This document shows, in pieces, positions 1-11,361 of a DNA stretch of 64,000 bases. Both the position numbers and the translations under genes were made by a program. The DNA is from Leucoraja erinacea (Eukaryota), in the NCBI RefSeq assembly GCF_028641065.1, contig NC_073388.1, positions 25,606,001 through 25,670,000 of the forward strand. Direction: 5' to 3'. Every line of letters starts with the position of its first letter. The stretch's first letter is position 1. The notes beneath the pieces were generated by a model. It was not told the DNA's origin and made no database searches. It saw only the letters and a program-made list of their open reading frames with translations.

Positions 1-404
1 TCTGCGGCAGAGAATTCCACAAATTCACAACTCTCGGGGTGAATTTTTTTTTCTCATCTCAGTTTTAAACGGCCTCCCCTTTATGCTTAGACTGTGGCCC
101 CTGGTTCTGGACTCCCCCAACATTGGGAACATTTTTCCTGCATCTAGCTTGTCCAGTTCTTTTATAATTTTATAAGTTTCTATAAATATCCTCTCATCCT
201 TATAAATTCCAGTGAATACAAGCCCAGTCTTTTCAATCTTTCCTCATATAACAGTCCCGCCATCCCGGGGATTAACCTCGTGAATCTACACTGCACTGCC
301 TCAATAGCAAGGATGTCCTTCCTCAAATTAGGAGACTAAAACTGCACACAATAATCTAGACGTGGTCTCACCAGGGTCCTGTACAACTGCAGAAGGACCT
401 CTTT
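1..404 (-). mobile_element. CR1 LINE fragment (ORF2 C-terminal part), runs off window
   Basis: Homologous to the CR1 copies at 60774-61075 and 63090-63490 (e.g. gaattccacaaattcacaactctcgggg, cattgggaacatttttcctgcatctagc). Confidence 0.9.
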
Positions 405-1444
405 AAAAGTCATAGAAAGACAGTGATTCATCAGCTGAATGAAAACAGGTACTTAGTCGTGTTCAATTTGACTCTATTAGACTTTTGAATTTATTGTGGA
501 CTCACTTTTCCATCACTATATTCTCTTGGTTCTCTGCTCTTTATGAAGGTTTGTATTCTGCCTCAGGTGGTGCCTGTGCTGTCTTGGTATTGGTTTATTA
601 TTGTCATGTGCAAGGGCCGCAATGTGGCTGTTCGCAAGATCAGAAATTAATCCCTATATGAAACTCTGATAACAGTGAGGGAGAAGTTGTTCTTGAATCT
701 GGTAGTACACGCTTTCAAACTTTTGAGTTATTTGTGTAAGGGCTATTGCAGACATGCCAAATTTCCTGAGCCATCTGAGCAAGTAGATGCATTGGTATGC
801 AGGAGCCCAGCATCATTATCTGTGAGTTTAGACTGAGTGTAGCCCAGCTAGCTGTGTGCATTTGGATCTTATGCTAATCACAGGTCAGCTTGACTTATTT
901 TCCAATAGATCCAGTTCCCTGTTCTGAGAAGCTGCTTGGCCATCATTGCAAGATCTTCTTTGGTGACTGGTCAGTTACAGGGTATGTCCAGAGATTTTTT
1001 TAGAGGCATCTAACATATTGGTACCTGTGATTTTCTGTGTACCACCATAGCAGGTTTTGCTTAGTTTGTGGGACAGCTCTCCAAACATGGACATCAGCCC
1101 TCAGGTACCTATGTGGGTGTTTTGGCAAGGACCGGTTGGCCTTGTATTAATTTAGTGTCAGGTAATCTGACAATTTTATTACTCTTCTATTTAAATGTAA
1201 TGCTAAAGATACAACTGAGTGACTCATTGGGTTGTTTCAGGAGGTAGTTAGGATTCAACCACAATGCCACAGTCTGGTCATGAACAGGTTAGGCAGATCA
1301 AACAATAGAATACAAAAAAAACCAGGATGAATAGGGCCAGAGAGCTCATTATTATTCGGAAAAATCGATTCATCAAACCTAAATTGGAGAGGATACATAG
1401 TCACTGCATTAATGGGGGAAATTAGAGAGACTGTTAACTCAGAT

Positions 1445-2357
1445 TCAAGAGAGTCAAGAGAGTCAAGAGACAAGAGTCAAGAGTCAATTTAATTGTCATT
1501 TGGACCCCTGGGGGTCCAAACGAAATGCCGTTTCTGCAGCCATACATTACACACAAATAGACCCCAGACACAACATAATTACATTTTACATAAACATCCA
1601 TCACATAGCTGTGATGGAAGGCCAAAAAAACTTATCTCTCCTCTGCACTCTCCCCCCCCCCCCCCCGATGTCAGAGTCAAAGTCAAAGCCCCCGGCTGGC
1701 GATGGCGATTGTCCCGCGGCCATTGAAGTCACGCCGGGTGGTGCGAGGTCGCACACCGGGTCTTGGGGTTGGAGCCCCCGGTGTGCGCTCGCAAAGTCCC
1801 GCCATTCCAGCCGCACGGGGCAGTGGTGTCAGGCCCCGCTCCAGGAGCTCTTCAACCCCGCAACACAGGCGGGAGAATTCGCCGTTGCAGGAGCCCCGAA
1901 AAGCGGTCTCCCTCCAGGGATCCGCGGGCTCCCGGTGCCGCCGTCCGCAGACCCGCAGTAGCAGCCTTCGCATCAGCAGCAGCAGCGGCATCGGCAGCAG
2001 CAGCAGCAGCAGCAGCAGCGGCAGCAGCAGCAGCAGCGCTCCTCCACCGCTCCACCCGCTCCGGTCTCGGCCAGCTCCGCGACGGCAACGGTGAGTCGGC
2101 ACCAGAGTCCCCGGCTTCTTCCCGTTGGAGGCCGCTCCTCGTTGCGGCCTAAACGACACCTGAGACCCGACGAGAAAAGGTCGGGTCTCCAGTGCAGGGA
2201 GAGATTCAAAAGTTCCCCTCCCCCATCCCCCCCCATCCCCCCACACACACACCCCAACATAAAATAACAAAAACTACATAAAAACACAGACAAAAAATAA
2301 TAAAACGCGGACAGGCTGCAGAGGCCGCTGCTGGCCAGAGCCGCGCCACCTACCGGA
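1445..2357 (-). mobile_element. Non-coding, non-autonomous retroposon with LINE-type 3' end
   Basis: Minus strand ends in a stem-loop (tttggacccc-tg-ggggtccaaa, 1499-1520), AATTAAA and a (TTGACTC)n-type tail at 1445-1485. GC-rich body. A second, truncated copy lies at ~33567-33798. Confidence 0.7.
1955..2038 (+). repeat. Interrupted (CAG)n microsatellite inside the retroposon
   Basis: cagcagcagcagcggcatcggcagcagcagcag...; gives poly-S, poly-A and poly-C runs in spurious ORFs. Confidence 0.95.
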
Positions 2358-2955
2358 TGACATAGGTAGAAAAAGAGAGGAGGTCCTGAAAGGAGAATTT
2401 AGGGAGTTAGGAGAGTTGAAGAGAAGGACCGCAAAGGTAACAATCTCGGGATTACTGCCTGTGCCACGCGACAGTGAGAGTAGGAATGGAGCGAGGTGGA
2501 GGATAAATGTGTGGCTGAAGGACTGGTGCAGAGGGCAGGGTTTCAAGTTTCTGGATCATTGAGACCTCTTTTGTGGAAGGTGCGACCTGTACAAAAAGGA
2601 TGGGTTGCACTTGAACCCGAGGGGGGCCAATATCCTGGCGGGGAGATTTGCAAAGGCTACAAGGGGTCACAGTTTAAGGATAAGGGGGAAATCTTTAAGG
2701 ACAGAGATGAGAAAAATATTTTTCACACAGAGAGCGGTGAATCTCTGGAATTCTCTGCCACAGAAGGTAGTTGAGGCCAGTTCATTGGCTATATTTAAGA
2801 GGGAGTTAGATGTGGCCCTTGTGGCTAAAGGGATCAGGGGGTATGTAGAGAAGGCAGGTACGGGATACTGAGTTGGATGATCAGCCATGATCATATTGAA
2901 TGGCGGTGCAGGCTCGAAGGGCCGATTGGCCTACTCCTGCACCTATTTCTATGTC
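2357..2955 (+). mobile_element. Internally deleted CR1 LINE (ORF1 esterase end fused to ORF2 end and 3' UTR)
   Basis: 2357-2660 translates to ISGLLPVPR...INVWLKDWC...DGLHLNPRGANILAGRF (SGNH esterase ORF1). From 2661 it reads RGHSLRIRGK...VNLWNSLP...FKRELD (ORF2 end), followed by the 3' UTR and tttctatg tail. Confidence 0.88.
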
Positions 2956-3349
2956 TATTACAACACCACCATCCTTGTGGCAGATTTGATGGAAATGTCC
3001 ATATTCTGTTACAACATGGAATACCAGTTTGGCACTTCATGTCTACTCCAAGTTAAAAATCAGTCTCATTCAGCACTAACTTTCTCTGTAAATACACATC
3101 CAGATTCTACCACTCATTTATTCACCAGGTATAATAGTAAGATTAAACGAGAACTTACCAGTTTGAAGTTTGATCTGTATTTTATGAGGAGTTACGATGA
3201 GGGAATACGTGAAGAACCTGCTCAGTGCGCAGGCTTCCAAGCAGCGGTGTGGAATCACAGATCGACACAAGTATTTGAAGTAACATAGTAAAGAAAAAGA
3301 GACATCAATTTATCAGTTTGATCCATATAATGAGGGTGGGAGCGGAGGG

Positions 3350-3462
3350 CACGTAATCCCTCATTGTAACTCCTCATAAAATACAGATCAAACTTCAAAC
3401 TGGTAAGTTCTCGTTTAATCTTACTATTTTACTTATGAGTCACGTGAGTGACTACGTGAAGA
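3350..3462. repeat. DIRS internal complementary region (ICR)
   Basis: 3350-3428 is the reverse complement of 3133-3211; 3426-3462 is the reverse complement of 7948-7984. Confidence 0.95.
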
Positions 3463-3669
3463 TTTCAAAGCTCTGTGATTTCAAACCTTGTAACAGTTTT
3501 ACTCACTCACTGCCGAAAGCTCTTGAGGAAGGAAGTGTTATCGTAATTAACCAATGAATCTGTTTTTCAAGAAAACAAAAAGGTATTTATTAACAATAAC
3601 AAAAAACAAAATTGCTCCCCCGGGCTTAAATTAAATATTTGCAGCTTCTAATATTTTTGCTGCAAACAA

Positions 3670-4614
3670 ATCAGGCTTCATCAATGGCTTATTATAGAAT
3701 GTTCGGAATGTGGATTACCTCGACCATCCTGCTGTGTTCAGGATGAGGTCAATAGGCACATCCATCCTAGCTGCCGTTGATGTGGAGGCTGCCCTGGTGG
3801 AATGAGATTTTAAAATGTTAATGTCTATCCCAGCAGCTTCCAATACCTGTTTTAGCCATCTTGAGATGGTCTGGCTTGTTACCCAGCCATGTGGTTTTTT
3901 GTGGCTGACCCATAAGGCTTGTTCACTCCCTCGGATGTTATGGGTTGTGTCGATATACTGTTTGAGGTGGGTCACCACACAGAACCGTGGCTCTGGTGGG
4001 TAGGCCCGGAATACCACTAGTGCATTGGATGTTCCTGGCCTGCTTTGTTTTACCAGACCTTGTAGAATGAATGTTACCTGGTCCGGCGTTGTTTCCATGT
4101 TGTCCAGTCTCAATTTGCGTAGCAACTGGACCCTCTGTGCAGATACCAGTGCCATCAGCATGAGCGTCTTCAGTGTTAATTGCTCGAGGCTGAGGGATCT
4201 AGCTGGTGGCCATTCCCGGAGGTATGTCAGTACGACACTGATGTCCCAAATATGAGTATACCTGGGCTTGGGGGGCTTGATGTTATAAATGCCCCTCATC
4301 AGTTTAACCACCAGTGGATGGGATCCCATAGGCTGATGTCCTGCAGGTTTGAGGTAAGCGGAGAGGGCACTACGTGCCGTGTTGATGGCACTGTAGCTGA
4401 TCCCCTCATGATGGTGTAGTTAGGCCAGGAACTCCAGAACGTTGGCTACTGTGGCTGTTTCATATGAAGTCCCTGTTTCTTGGCAGTACTTCTCCCATTT
4501 CTTGATGCTGGTTAAGTACTGCCTCTTGGTAGATGTTCGCAGGGATGCTGACATGGTGGTGATGGTTTGTTCGGATAATCCCAGGTCCAGGTAGGGTCTG
4601 TTCAGAATCTGCAA
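3670..4614 (-). pseudogene. DIRS tyrosine recombinase (YR), interrupted by stops
   Basis: LTLKTLMLMALVSAQRV, TISRWLKQVL, HSTRAAS and AGWS motifs. Stops at ~4420 and ~3715; the frame continues as STFRTFYNKP, which holds the presumed catalytic Tyr. Confidence 0.9.
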
Positions 4615-6530
4615 CCCAGGAGTTTAATGTCTTGATGGCATGGGTGGCTTATGCCTGACACTGGGTGAATCAATAGTCCTGGATGACTGGGAAACACCAT
4701 TGGTGATTCCACCACCATGTCATGTAGTACTGGGAACCATGGCTGTGTAGGCCAGTCGGGTACCAACAAAATACCAGAAGCCGAGTCCATCTGGATTTTG
4801 CGAAGTACCCGACTGATGAGGCAGAAGGGAGGAAAAGGCATAGAAAAAGAACTTTCCCCAATCCAGCGTGAAGGCATCTACCGCTGCTGCCTCTGGATCT
4901 GGTTCCCAAGCGACATACATAGTTAATTGGTGATTTAGTCTTGATGCAAATAAATCGATATCTGGCTTTCCATATTGCTTGACAATTTTAGCAAATGCTT
5001 TAGGATTTAACATCCATTCGATGTTGTCATTGAATTTGCATGACCTGGTGTCTGCCACTGTGTTTAGCTTACCTGGTAGATAGGTAGCTGAAAGCCAAAT
5101 ATGTCTTTCGACACACCATTGCCAAATCATATTGACCAATTTGTCGCACGATAAAGATTTTATGCCGCCCATATGGTTAATATAAGCCACCACCGTAGTA
5201 TTATCTATTTGTAATCGAACATGCAAGTGCTGCATATTTGATGCATATGCTTTTAAACCATAAAAGGCGCCCAACATTTCTAAATAGTTAATGCCCAGTG
5301 TAGATAGTAATGATGATTCTGAGTTAGTCCATCTACCACCTGTGCTGGATATGGAGTTAGTTGCTCCCCAGCCTTGAGCACTGGCATCTGTTTGAAGAAC
5401 TAAAGTAGGATTAGTAATGATAATAGGACTACAACTATGCCAAATATTTTGTATCCACCACTGTAGCTCTGATATTGCTTCAGTGGGTAGCATCATGACC
5501 CGATCATAGTGACCTTTATATTGTTTTAGTGCCTGCACCTTTGCTCTTTGTAAATTTTGATAATGCAAAGGTCCAAATTGTATAGCCGGAAATGCTGCTA
5601 CCATTTTACCAATTACTGCTGCTACTTGTCGAATAGTTGGTCTTTTGTTAACTTTTAAATTATTGCATGATTGTGCTAATGCAATCATCTTTTCCCTTGG
5701 CAGGGTAATAGTCATTTGGACTGAGTTAATTGTGAACCCCAGGTAGTCCATGATAGAGGATTTAACTTGGATTTATCTGGATGTAGGACGAATCCCAGAG
5801 ATTCTAGGAGCTGTTTTGTAGCTGATACTGCTGCTACAGCTAATTCCATAGTTTTCCCCACTATGAGGATGTCATCCAAATATGCCATGACTATATGTTT
5901 ATGTTTCCTTAATATTGCCATGGCTGGTTTTAATATTTTTGTGAATAATCTTGGGGCTGACGTGAGCCCATTAGGCAGTGCTTTGTACTGCCACAGCTGC
6001 CCCATCCAGATAAATCTTAGGTATCTGCTATAATCCTTATGTATGGGTACCAGATAGTAAGCATCCTTAAGGTCAATGCTTGCCATATAGTATCCTTTGG
6101 AAATCAGTTGTCTAGCAGTCACAAATGTTTCCATTTTGAAATGTATATACTTAACAAACTTGTTTAGGGATGTTAAGTCAATGATGATGCGGCATCCACC
6201 ATCTTTTTTGGTTTTAGTAAATATATTGGATACAAATTCTAAGGGTTCATGTTTGGCCTTTTCTATGACCCCCTTATTTATAAGTCTTACCAGTTCAGCT
6301 TGTCCCTCCCGTTGCTCTTGTTTGGAGGGAGAAAATACCCTTTCGGGCCAATGTTGAGCTGGCGGTGTTTTTGATATAAACTTAATTTTATATCCTCCAA
6401 TGCTGTTGAGTATATATTTATCACTGGTGATCATTCCCCGTGCTTTCTTAAACAAGTGTAACCTTCCCCCTGTTAGTAAGGCACCCTTATTCTCTATATG
6501 CTGGTAGGAACCAGATCCACCTACCTCCAT
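4602..6530 (-). pseudogene. DIRS pol: RT - RNase H - DAM-like methyltransferase, two frameshifts
   Basis: IDLKDAYY, LPNGLTSAPR, YLDD (RT); TDASAQGWG, INYLEM, DNTTVVAYINHMGG (RNase H); DLFASRLN, AVDAF, FPPF, PDWPTQPWF (MT). Frameshifts near 5755 and 4840. Confidence 0.93.
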
Positions 6531-6745
6531 GGTTATTGGCGATTTTGTCTTTTCTGTTTTCTTGGAGTCTTGTTCTGTCGACGTGCTGGCGATGTTGGGG
6601 GGAGGCGCATTTTCCAGGGGGTCCGCGGCGGGCCCTGATCTAAAAAAGATCTTTGGGGATAATGCGGCCCCAAGCTTTCACCAGTCCCATATTCCAGACG
6701 TCGACTGGTGGATGCCGTGGGGTGCTGCCGCTTGGGTATCAGAGT

Positions 6746-7837
6746 TCATGGTTTGCTCGTCCCGGGGCCTGCCCTCATGAGGCCAAAGGTTTTGGATGCC
6801 TCTTCCATGTCCTTCAGCTTTTTATTCAGGTCTCTCCCAAACAGTAATGAGTCTGCCTCCGCAGCTGGGACTTTGCACAAGCCAGCAAATTTGGGATTGA
6901 GGGCAGGTCTTATATTTTCCCTCCGGAGATTGTTCAGTTCGAATTGAGTGGTACACATCAAAGCCAGCACATCCTGCTGGTGTGTACTCATCTCCGTTGT
7001 CTCCACAGAACGAGCAAAGGCTGTGATAGCTGACATCAGGAGCCTTAGGATCCGCTGTAGCTTTAGTTCTTGTGCCCGAATAGGGGCCCCCACATTTCCC
7101 CAGATTTGGCTGTTGAGGCTTTTAACCTTAAGGGCCTCACAGTTCTCTGGTGCTGTGTGTTCTTCCAGCACCTGGGCGAGCACCTTTTCCTGTAGAGGCT
7201 TGTTAGACAGGTGATTGATACTGGCCGCCATTTTTGGCTCCAGAGGTGCTCCAGCCCGTGGGGTTGCTACGAAGCGGTCCACCACACCCAGCAGCTGTTC
7301 CTGTTCCTGCACCCCATGCATACTCCCGATTTCTTCCGCCTGCCCCTTTTCCAGACCAGCCCTGCCCTGGTCACCAATGCTAGCCTCCTGCTCCAGCCCA
7401 TGATATGAGGTAGCAAAGGGTAGTGCCTGACACGACACTATGGAGGAGGTACCTGTCCTGTCTCCCCGGGAGCGCTGCTGTTCCCGGTGGACCATCTCCT
7501 CCAGGAGCTGCTGAATGCAGCTCAGGCGGCTGTCTCTCCTCCGTTTTGGGGAGGACATTTCCCCCTCCGACGAGTCGGATTCGACCGGCCGATTCGTCTT
7601 CCTGGACGCTTTCCCAGTCCGCCGTGCGGGCTCTGGCGTGACTGGGTCAGGCTCGGTCTCGGGGATAGCAAACCGCTCAACGAGCGCCGCTGCCGCCGGT
7701 TGCTGCCCCGCTGGAATTGGACGCTCCTCTGGTGGAGTTAAAGTGCGGGCGGTTCTGTGTGAGAGCTTTCTGCGTTGAGACATCCTTGCACTCTGCAAAA
7801 CACTAACGCCACTCTCCTCCGTTAAGTCCCAACGCAC
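6746..7837 (-). CDS. DIRS gag-like ORF1 (start uncertain, 3' end probably frameshifted)
   Basis: 363-aa ORF upstream of RT, just inside the 5' ITR; APENCEAL, NNLRRENIRPALN and LLFG motifs are typical of vertebrate DIRS ORF1. Confidence 0.75.
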   Translation of the reverse strand: MRWDLTEESGVSVLQSARMSQRRKLSHRTARTLTPPEERPIPAGQQPAAAALVERFAIPETEPDPVTPEPARRTGKASRKTNRPVESDSSEGEMSSPKRRRDSRLSCIQQLLEEMVHREQQRSRGDRTGTSSIVSCQALPFATSYHGLEQEASIGDQGRAGLEKGQAEEIGSMHGVQEQEQLLGVVDRFVATPRAGAPLEPKMAASINHLSNKPLQEKVLAQVLEEHTAPENCEALKVKSLNSQIWGNVGAPIRAQELKLQRILRLLMSAITAFARSVETTEMSTHQQDVLALMCTTQFELNNLRRENIRPALNPKFAGLCKVPAAEADSLLFGRDLNKKLKDMEEASKTFGLMRAGPGTSKP

Positions 7838-7984
7838 CGTCTACTTACCTGACGGTCCGTTTTAAAGCGCAGCTGGAGAGCCTGACTCCAGCTGCCGCCG
7901 CTGTTGCAACTGCTGGGCGTAATGCCGCGCCTGCGCACTGAGCGGGTTCTTCACGTAGTCACTCACGTGACTCCAAAGTAAAAT

Positions 7985-8130
7985 TTACAGTGGCCAATGA
8001 ATCTACAATACACGTCTTTGGGATGTGGTGGGAAATTGGGAATTGGAATATCACACAGAACATGTAATGTGCACATAGCTAGCACCAGATGCTTGGAGTG
8101 AATGCGAGTTGCTTGAAGCTGAAAAGCAGC
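7985..8130 (-). mobile_element. V-SINE (HE1-like) remnant, split by the DIRS; other part at ~3095-3132
   Basis: ttacagtggccaat...cacgtctttgggatgtgg. The joined flanks match the intact SINE segment at 61549-61600 (cagattctaccactca...caattcacagtggcca). Confidence 0.7.
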
Positions 8131-8137
8131 AATTGAA

Positions 8138-8420
8138 TTATTGAATCTGGTAGTACACGCTTTTAAGCTTTTGTATTTTCCACCCGACGGTAAAGGGAAG
8201 AAAAGAGAATGACTGAGTATGAGTGGTCCTCGGTTATGTTGGCCGCTTTCCCAATGCAATGTGAAGTGTAGATTAAATCCACAGGGGAGGAGCATGGTTT
8301 TGTGTGATGGACTGGGCTGCATTCACAACTGCCAACAATTTATTGCGGTCTTGGACATAACAATTGCCATGCCAAGTTGTGATGCATCCGGATAGGATGC
8401 TTCCAATGGTGCATTTTGTG
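8138..8420 (-). mobile_element. Degenerate LINE fragment (Rex1/L2-like)
   Basis: ttgaatctggtagtacacgcttt is shared with 693-715; resembles the reverse complement of the Rex1 3' region. Confidence 0.4.
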
Positions 8421-9144
8421 CAGTCTCATGGAATAAATCAAATCGGCTGAAATGTGTTTATTCTCTAAAATTGGTGTACAAACATGTGTTGCTTTATCAA
8501 CCAAACAAATGCAAGCCATACATATAAGAAAGCAGTCATGTCATGCTAACCTATTAATTCATCCATCATTAAAATGGTAATTTGAGAATAAAAGCATGTT
8601 ATAATATTTTAGCAACTGAATGATTTATTCAATTTTTTTAAGGTAGTAGAGAGTATGACAAAATATGACAGTTAACTGACCATTGAAAAAATAAATCCAT
8701 AACTGAATCAAATCACTCTTTAAAGTTGGATTATTAAATTTGTAGGAATTATATCAGCGCTACAATCAGATTTTGACAATTTCAAAGATACTCTTACAGT
8801 TTAGACCACTATTTGAAATACTGAATTAGGCTATTGCTTTGTCATCACTCTTGGAAGATTCGTAATCACTGATAATGCCATCTGAACATTCAATTGATTT
8901 TACAATTTTGTTTAAGCCCAATCAACTGAACTACAGACTCATGTATTCCAATAATATATTACATTTAGGTTGATTTATATTTTGTGCAGTCACTGATTTG
9001 TGGCTTTCACACAAAAATGAATGGAATCGCTGATTTGTTTTAAATTTATGCGTAAAAGGTGGGCATCATTATCATGGCCAATGTTCATCAATCATCCCTG
9101 ATTATTTTTTAAGAACTGGCAATTAGCCACCTATCTAACCTAAA

Positions 9145-9300
9145 AAAGGCAGCATCTGTGGGAGGAAATGGACAGACAAAACTGAAGAAGGGTCCTGAGC
9201 AAAAATGTAGTCTATCCATTCCTCTCCACAGGTGCTGCATGACTCGCTTTGTTCCTCCAGCAGTTTATTTTTGTTGCTCAAGATTCTAGCATCTGTGTCT
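9145..9300. mobile_element. Old Penelope-end inverted remnant
   Basis: aggcagcatctgtgggaggaaatggacagac followed by ctgaagaagggtc...gtctatccattcctctccacaggtgctgc. Confidence 0.65.
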
Positions 9301-9494
9301 TGGGTCTCCACCTATTTGAACTCCTGTGACATTGCAGGGAAGGACAATGAATCAGTGTGTTTCACAAGTATGTATTTCTCTCTCATCCACCTATCAATCT
9401 CACAAATTACAACTAACTGTTGAGGCATTTACTTGAGACAAGGTTGTAATGCAATTTTATTATTTTCCATTGTCCAACCTTTTATTGTCGTTAC

Positions 9495-9864
9495 TTCACA
9501 GGCAGGGCGGAGTAGAATTTATGCAGACGATAACAGAAACAAATCTTCCAATTGTTCTTTCCGGTTTAATTGATTCTTTATTTAAGTAGTTGTACAGACA
9601 AAGAAGTGAACATAACAGATCCTTTTTATTCTTATACAAATTGTAGCTTTCCATTCTTACTATCTGATCCGTTAAAAACTGTGATCTTTCTCCTGTGCCA
9701 GCTCCAGTCTGATCTGACCACTCCCTCTGGCTACGCTATATGTAACGTTCAACTACATATCAAAAGCTCACCCCAAAGCGTTCAAAATAATTCTGCAAGA
9801 AATATCTAGACAAAATAATAAAATATGCTAACACTAACTAGCCTAAGCATCAATGGCTCTAACA
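9495..9864 (-). repeat. BEL 3' LTR
   Basis: Direct repeat of ~14737-15089, e.g. shared gcaagaaatatctagacaaaataataaaatatgctaaca. Confidence 0.9.
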
Positions 9865-10061
9865 CACCGGCCCCTAATTGTTCTACGTATATGAAAGCAA
9901 TTATCAATGAACATTAAAAGGAGCTATAAAAACTTAACATATTATCAAAAACAAAAGGTATGCACTATGTGCTGGCATTTAAATGTCTTTAGTGATTCTT
10001 CAATCTTCTTCTTTGGCTTCTTGGAGCAGACATATCTTAGTTATCGGTCTTACCGGGATAT

Positions 10062-10305
10062 CAAGTCAAGTCAAGTCAAGTCAAGTCAAGTTTATTTGTC
10101 ACATACACATACGAGATGTGCAGTGAAATGAAAGTGGCAATGCTCGCGGACTTTTGTGCAAAAGACAAACAACAAAACAACCAAACAAATTATAAACACA
10201 ATCATAACACACATATTATTTTACATAATAAATAATGGAAGGAAAAACGTTCTGTAGAGTTAGTCCCTGGTGAGATAGGCGTTTACAGTGAGATAGGCGT
10301 TTACA
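10062..10305 (-). mobile_element. 5'-truncated LINE 3' end (Rex1/L2-like) nested in BEL integrase
   Basis: (TTGAC)6 tail after AATAAA; TSD gatat at 10057-10061 and 10306-10310. Confidence 0.85.
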
Positions 10306-10859
10306 GATATTGTTCTTAGTCTGAAGTCGTACTGTTCGCACAAAACCTTGTGCATTTGATATGATCTCCAACATTCTGCCCATTAGTCAGGAGCCTCGTG
10401 GTGCAGTTGAATCAACCACCAAAATGATGTCACCTCGGATAAAATTTCTTCTTACCCTTGGCCGTCGTGGTCGTTCTTGGATTAGAGGCAAGTATTCTTG
10501 TGTCCACCGTTTCCAAAAAAGGTCTGCCATATATTGTATCTGAACTTTAATGTACAGCTCCATCTGCATTTAATGTACAAGCCTTCCTTCACAAAGTGTC
10601 CAAGTGGATAGTATTGGTGTGGTCTTCAACAGAAGAAGATGGTTTGGTGTAAGTGCTTTCAGGTCCTTTGGATCATCAGAACTCTTGGTAATAGGTCAAT
10701 CATTTAAAATTGCTTCAATTTCACAATATAAAGTTTGCAATCCTTCATCGTCCAGAACTTGTTGTTTAAGAACAGACCGCAGCACATTTCTAACTATGTG
10801 AATCAATCATTCCCAAACACTGCCGCGATGGGATCCTGCTGGGGATTAAAGTTCCAATT

Positions 10860-11197
10860 CGTCAGTTTTTTCTCCCCAACAGCCGCCTGCTGCCTCTCGA
10901 AGCCTCAATAGCGGTAGTTGCACAAGCCATGCCTGTCAACTTTTCGAGATCGACCATCCTCCATGGTGGTAGCTGTGCGGCCGTTTCTCTAGTAGCTGCA
11001 TTGGCCGCGGCCGTCAGCTTCTCCAAGCCCGCTGCACCTAATTAACGGAGCAGCAGGCCGTTCCTGGAACAAAAATTTTCCTTACCCGCCGGAGCAGTTT
11101 CGAATTGCTCCGATCCCGCGCCATGCGTCGACGTATTGACGCACATGCAGGCTGGCGGGCTCTTCACGTAGTCACTCACGTGACTTCGATATGAAAT
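10860..11197 (-). mobile_element. 5' fragment of a second DIRS subfamily nested in BEL
   Basis: tcttcacgtagtcactcacgtgact (11161-11185) is identical to the DIRS terminus at 7948-7972 and also ends in AAT; the interior diverges. Confidence 0.8.
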
Positions 11198-11361
11198 TAG
11201 AATTCATGCTCTCTTGATCTCTATAGGACTGAAGTAGTCTAGTCCTACATCTGTAAATGGAGGCTTGTCAGGTAAAATCCTCTCCAGGGGCAAGTCTGCC
11301 ATTTTTTGTTCTCCAACTGTTCCCTGCTGTTGTCTGTTATGACCTTCCTTGCAACGGAGTT

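Larger units (their letters stand above)
3133..7984 (-). mobile_element. DIRS1-like tyrosine-recombinase retrotransposon, full length, coding-defective
   Basis: gag, RT/RNaseH/methyltransferase and YR ORFs are present. ITR 3206-3234 matches 7929-7958 (tacgtgaagaacc.gctcagtgcgcaggc). ICR 3350-3462 is complementary to both termini. AAT core at 3133-3135 and 7982-7984. Confidence 0.96.

Noticed and set aside
1683-2293. ORFs with poly-Ser/Ala/Leu/Cys runs
   Set aside because: These are translations of the CAG tract in a GC-rich repeat that has a second copy; no domain or splice support.
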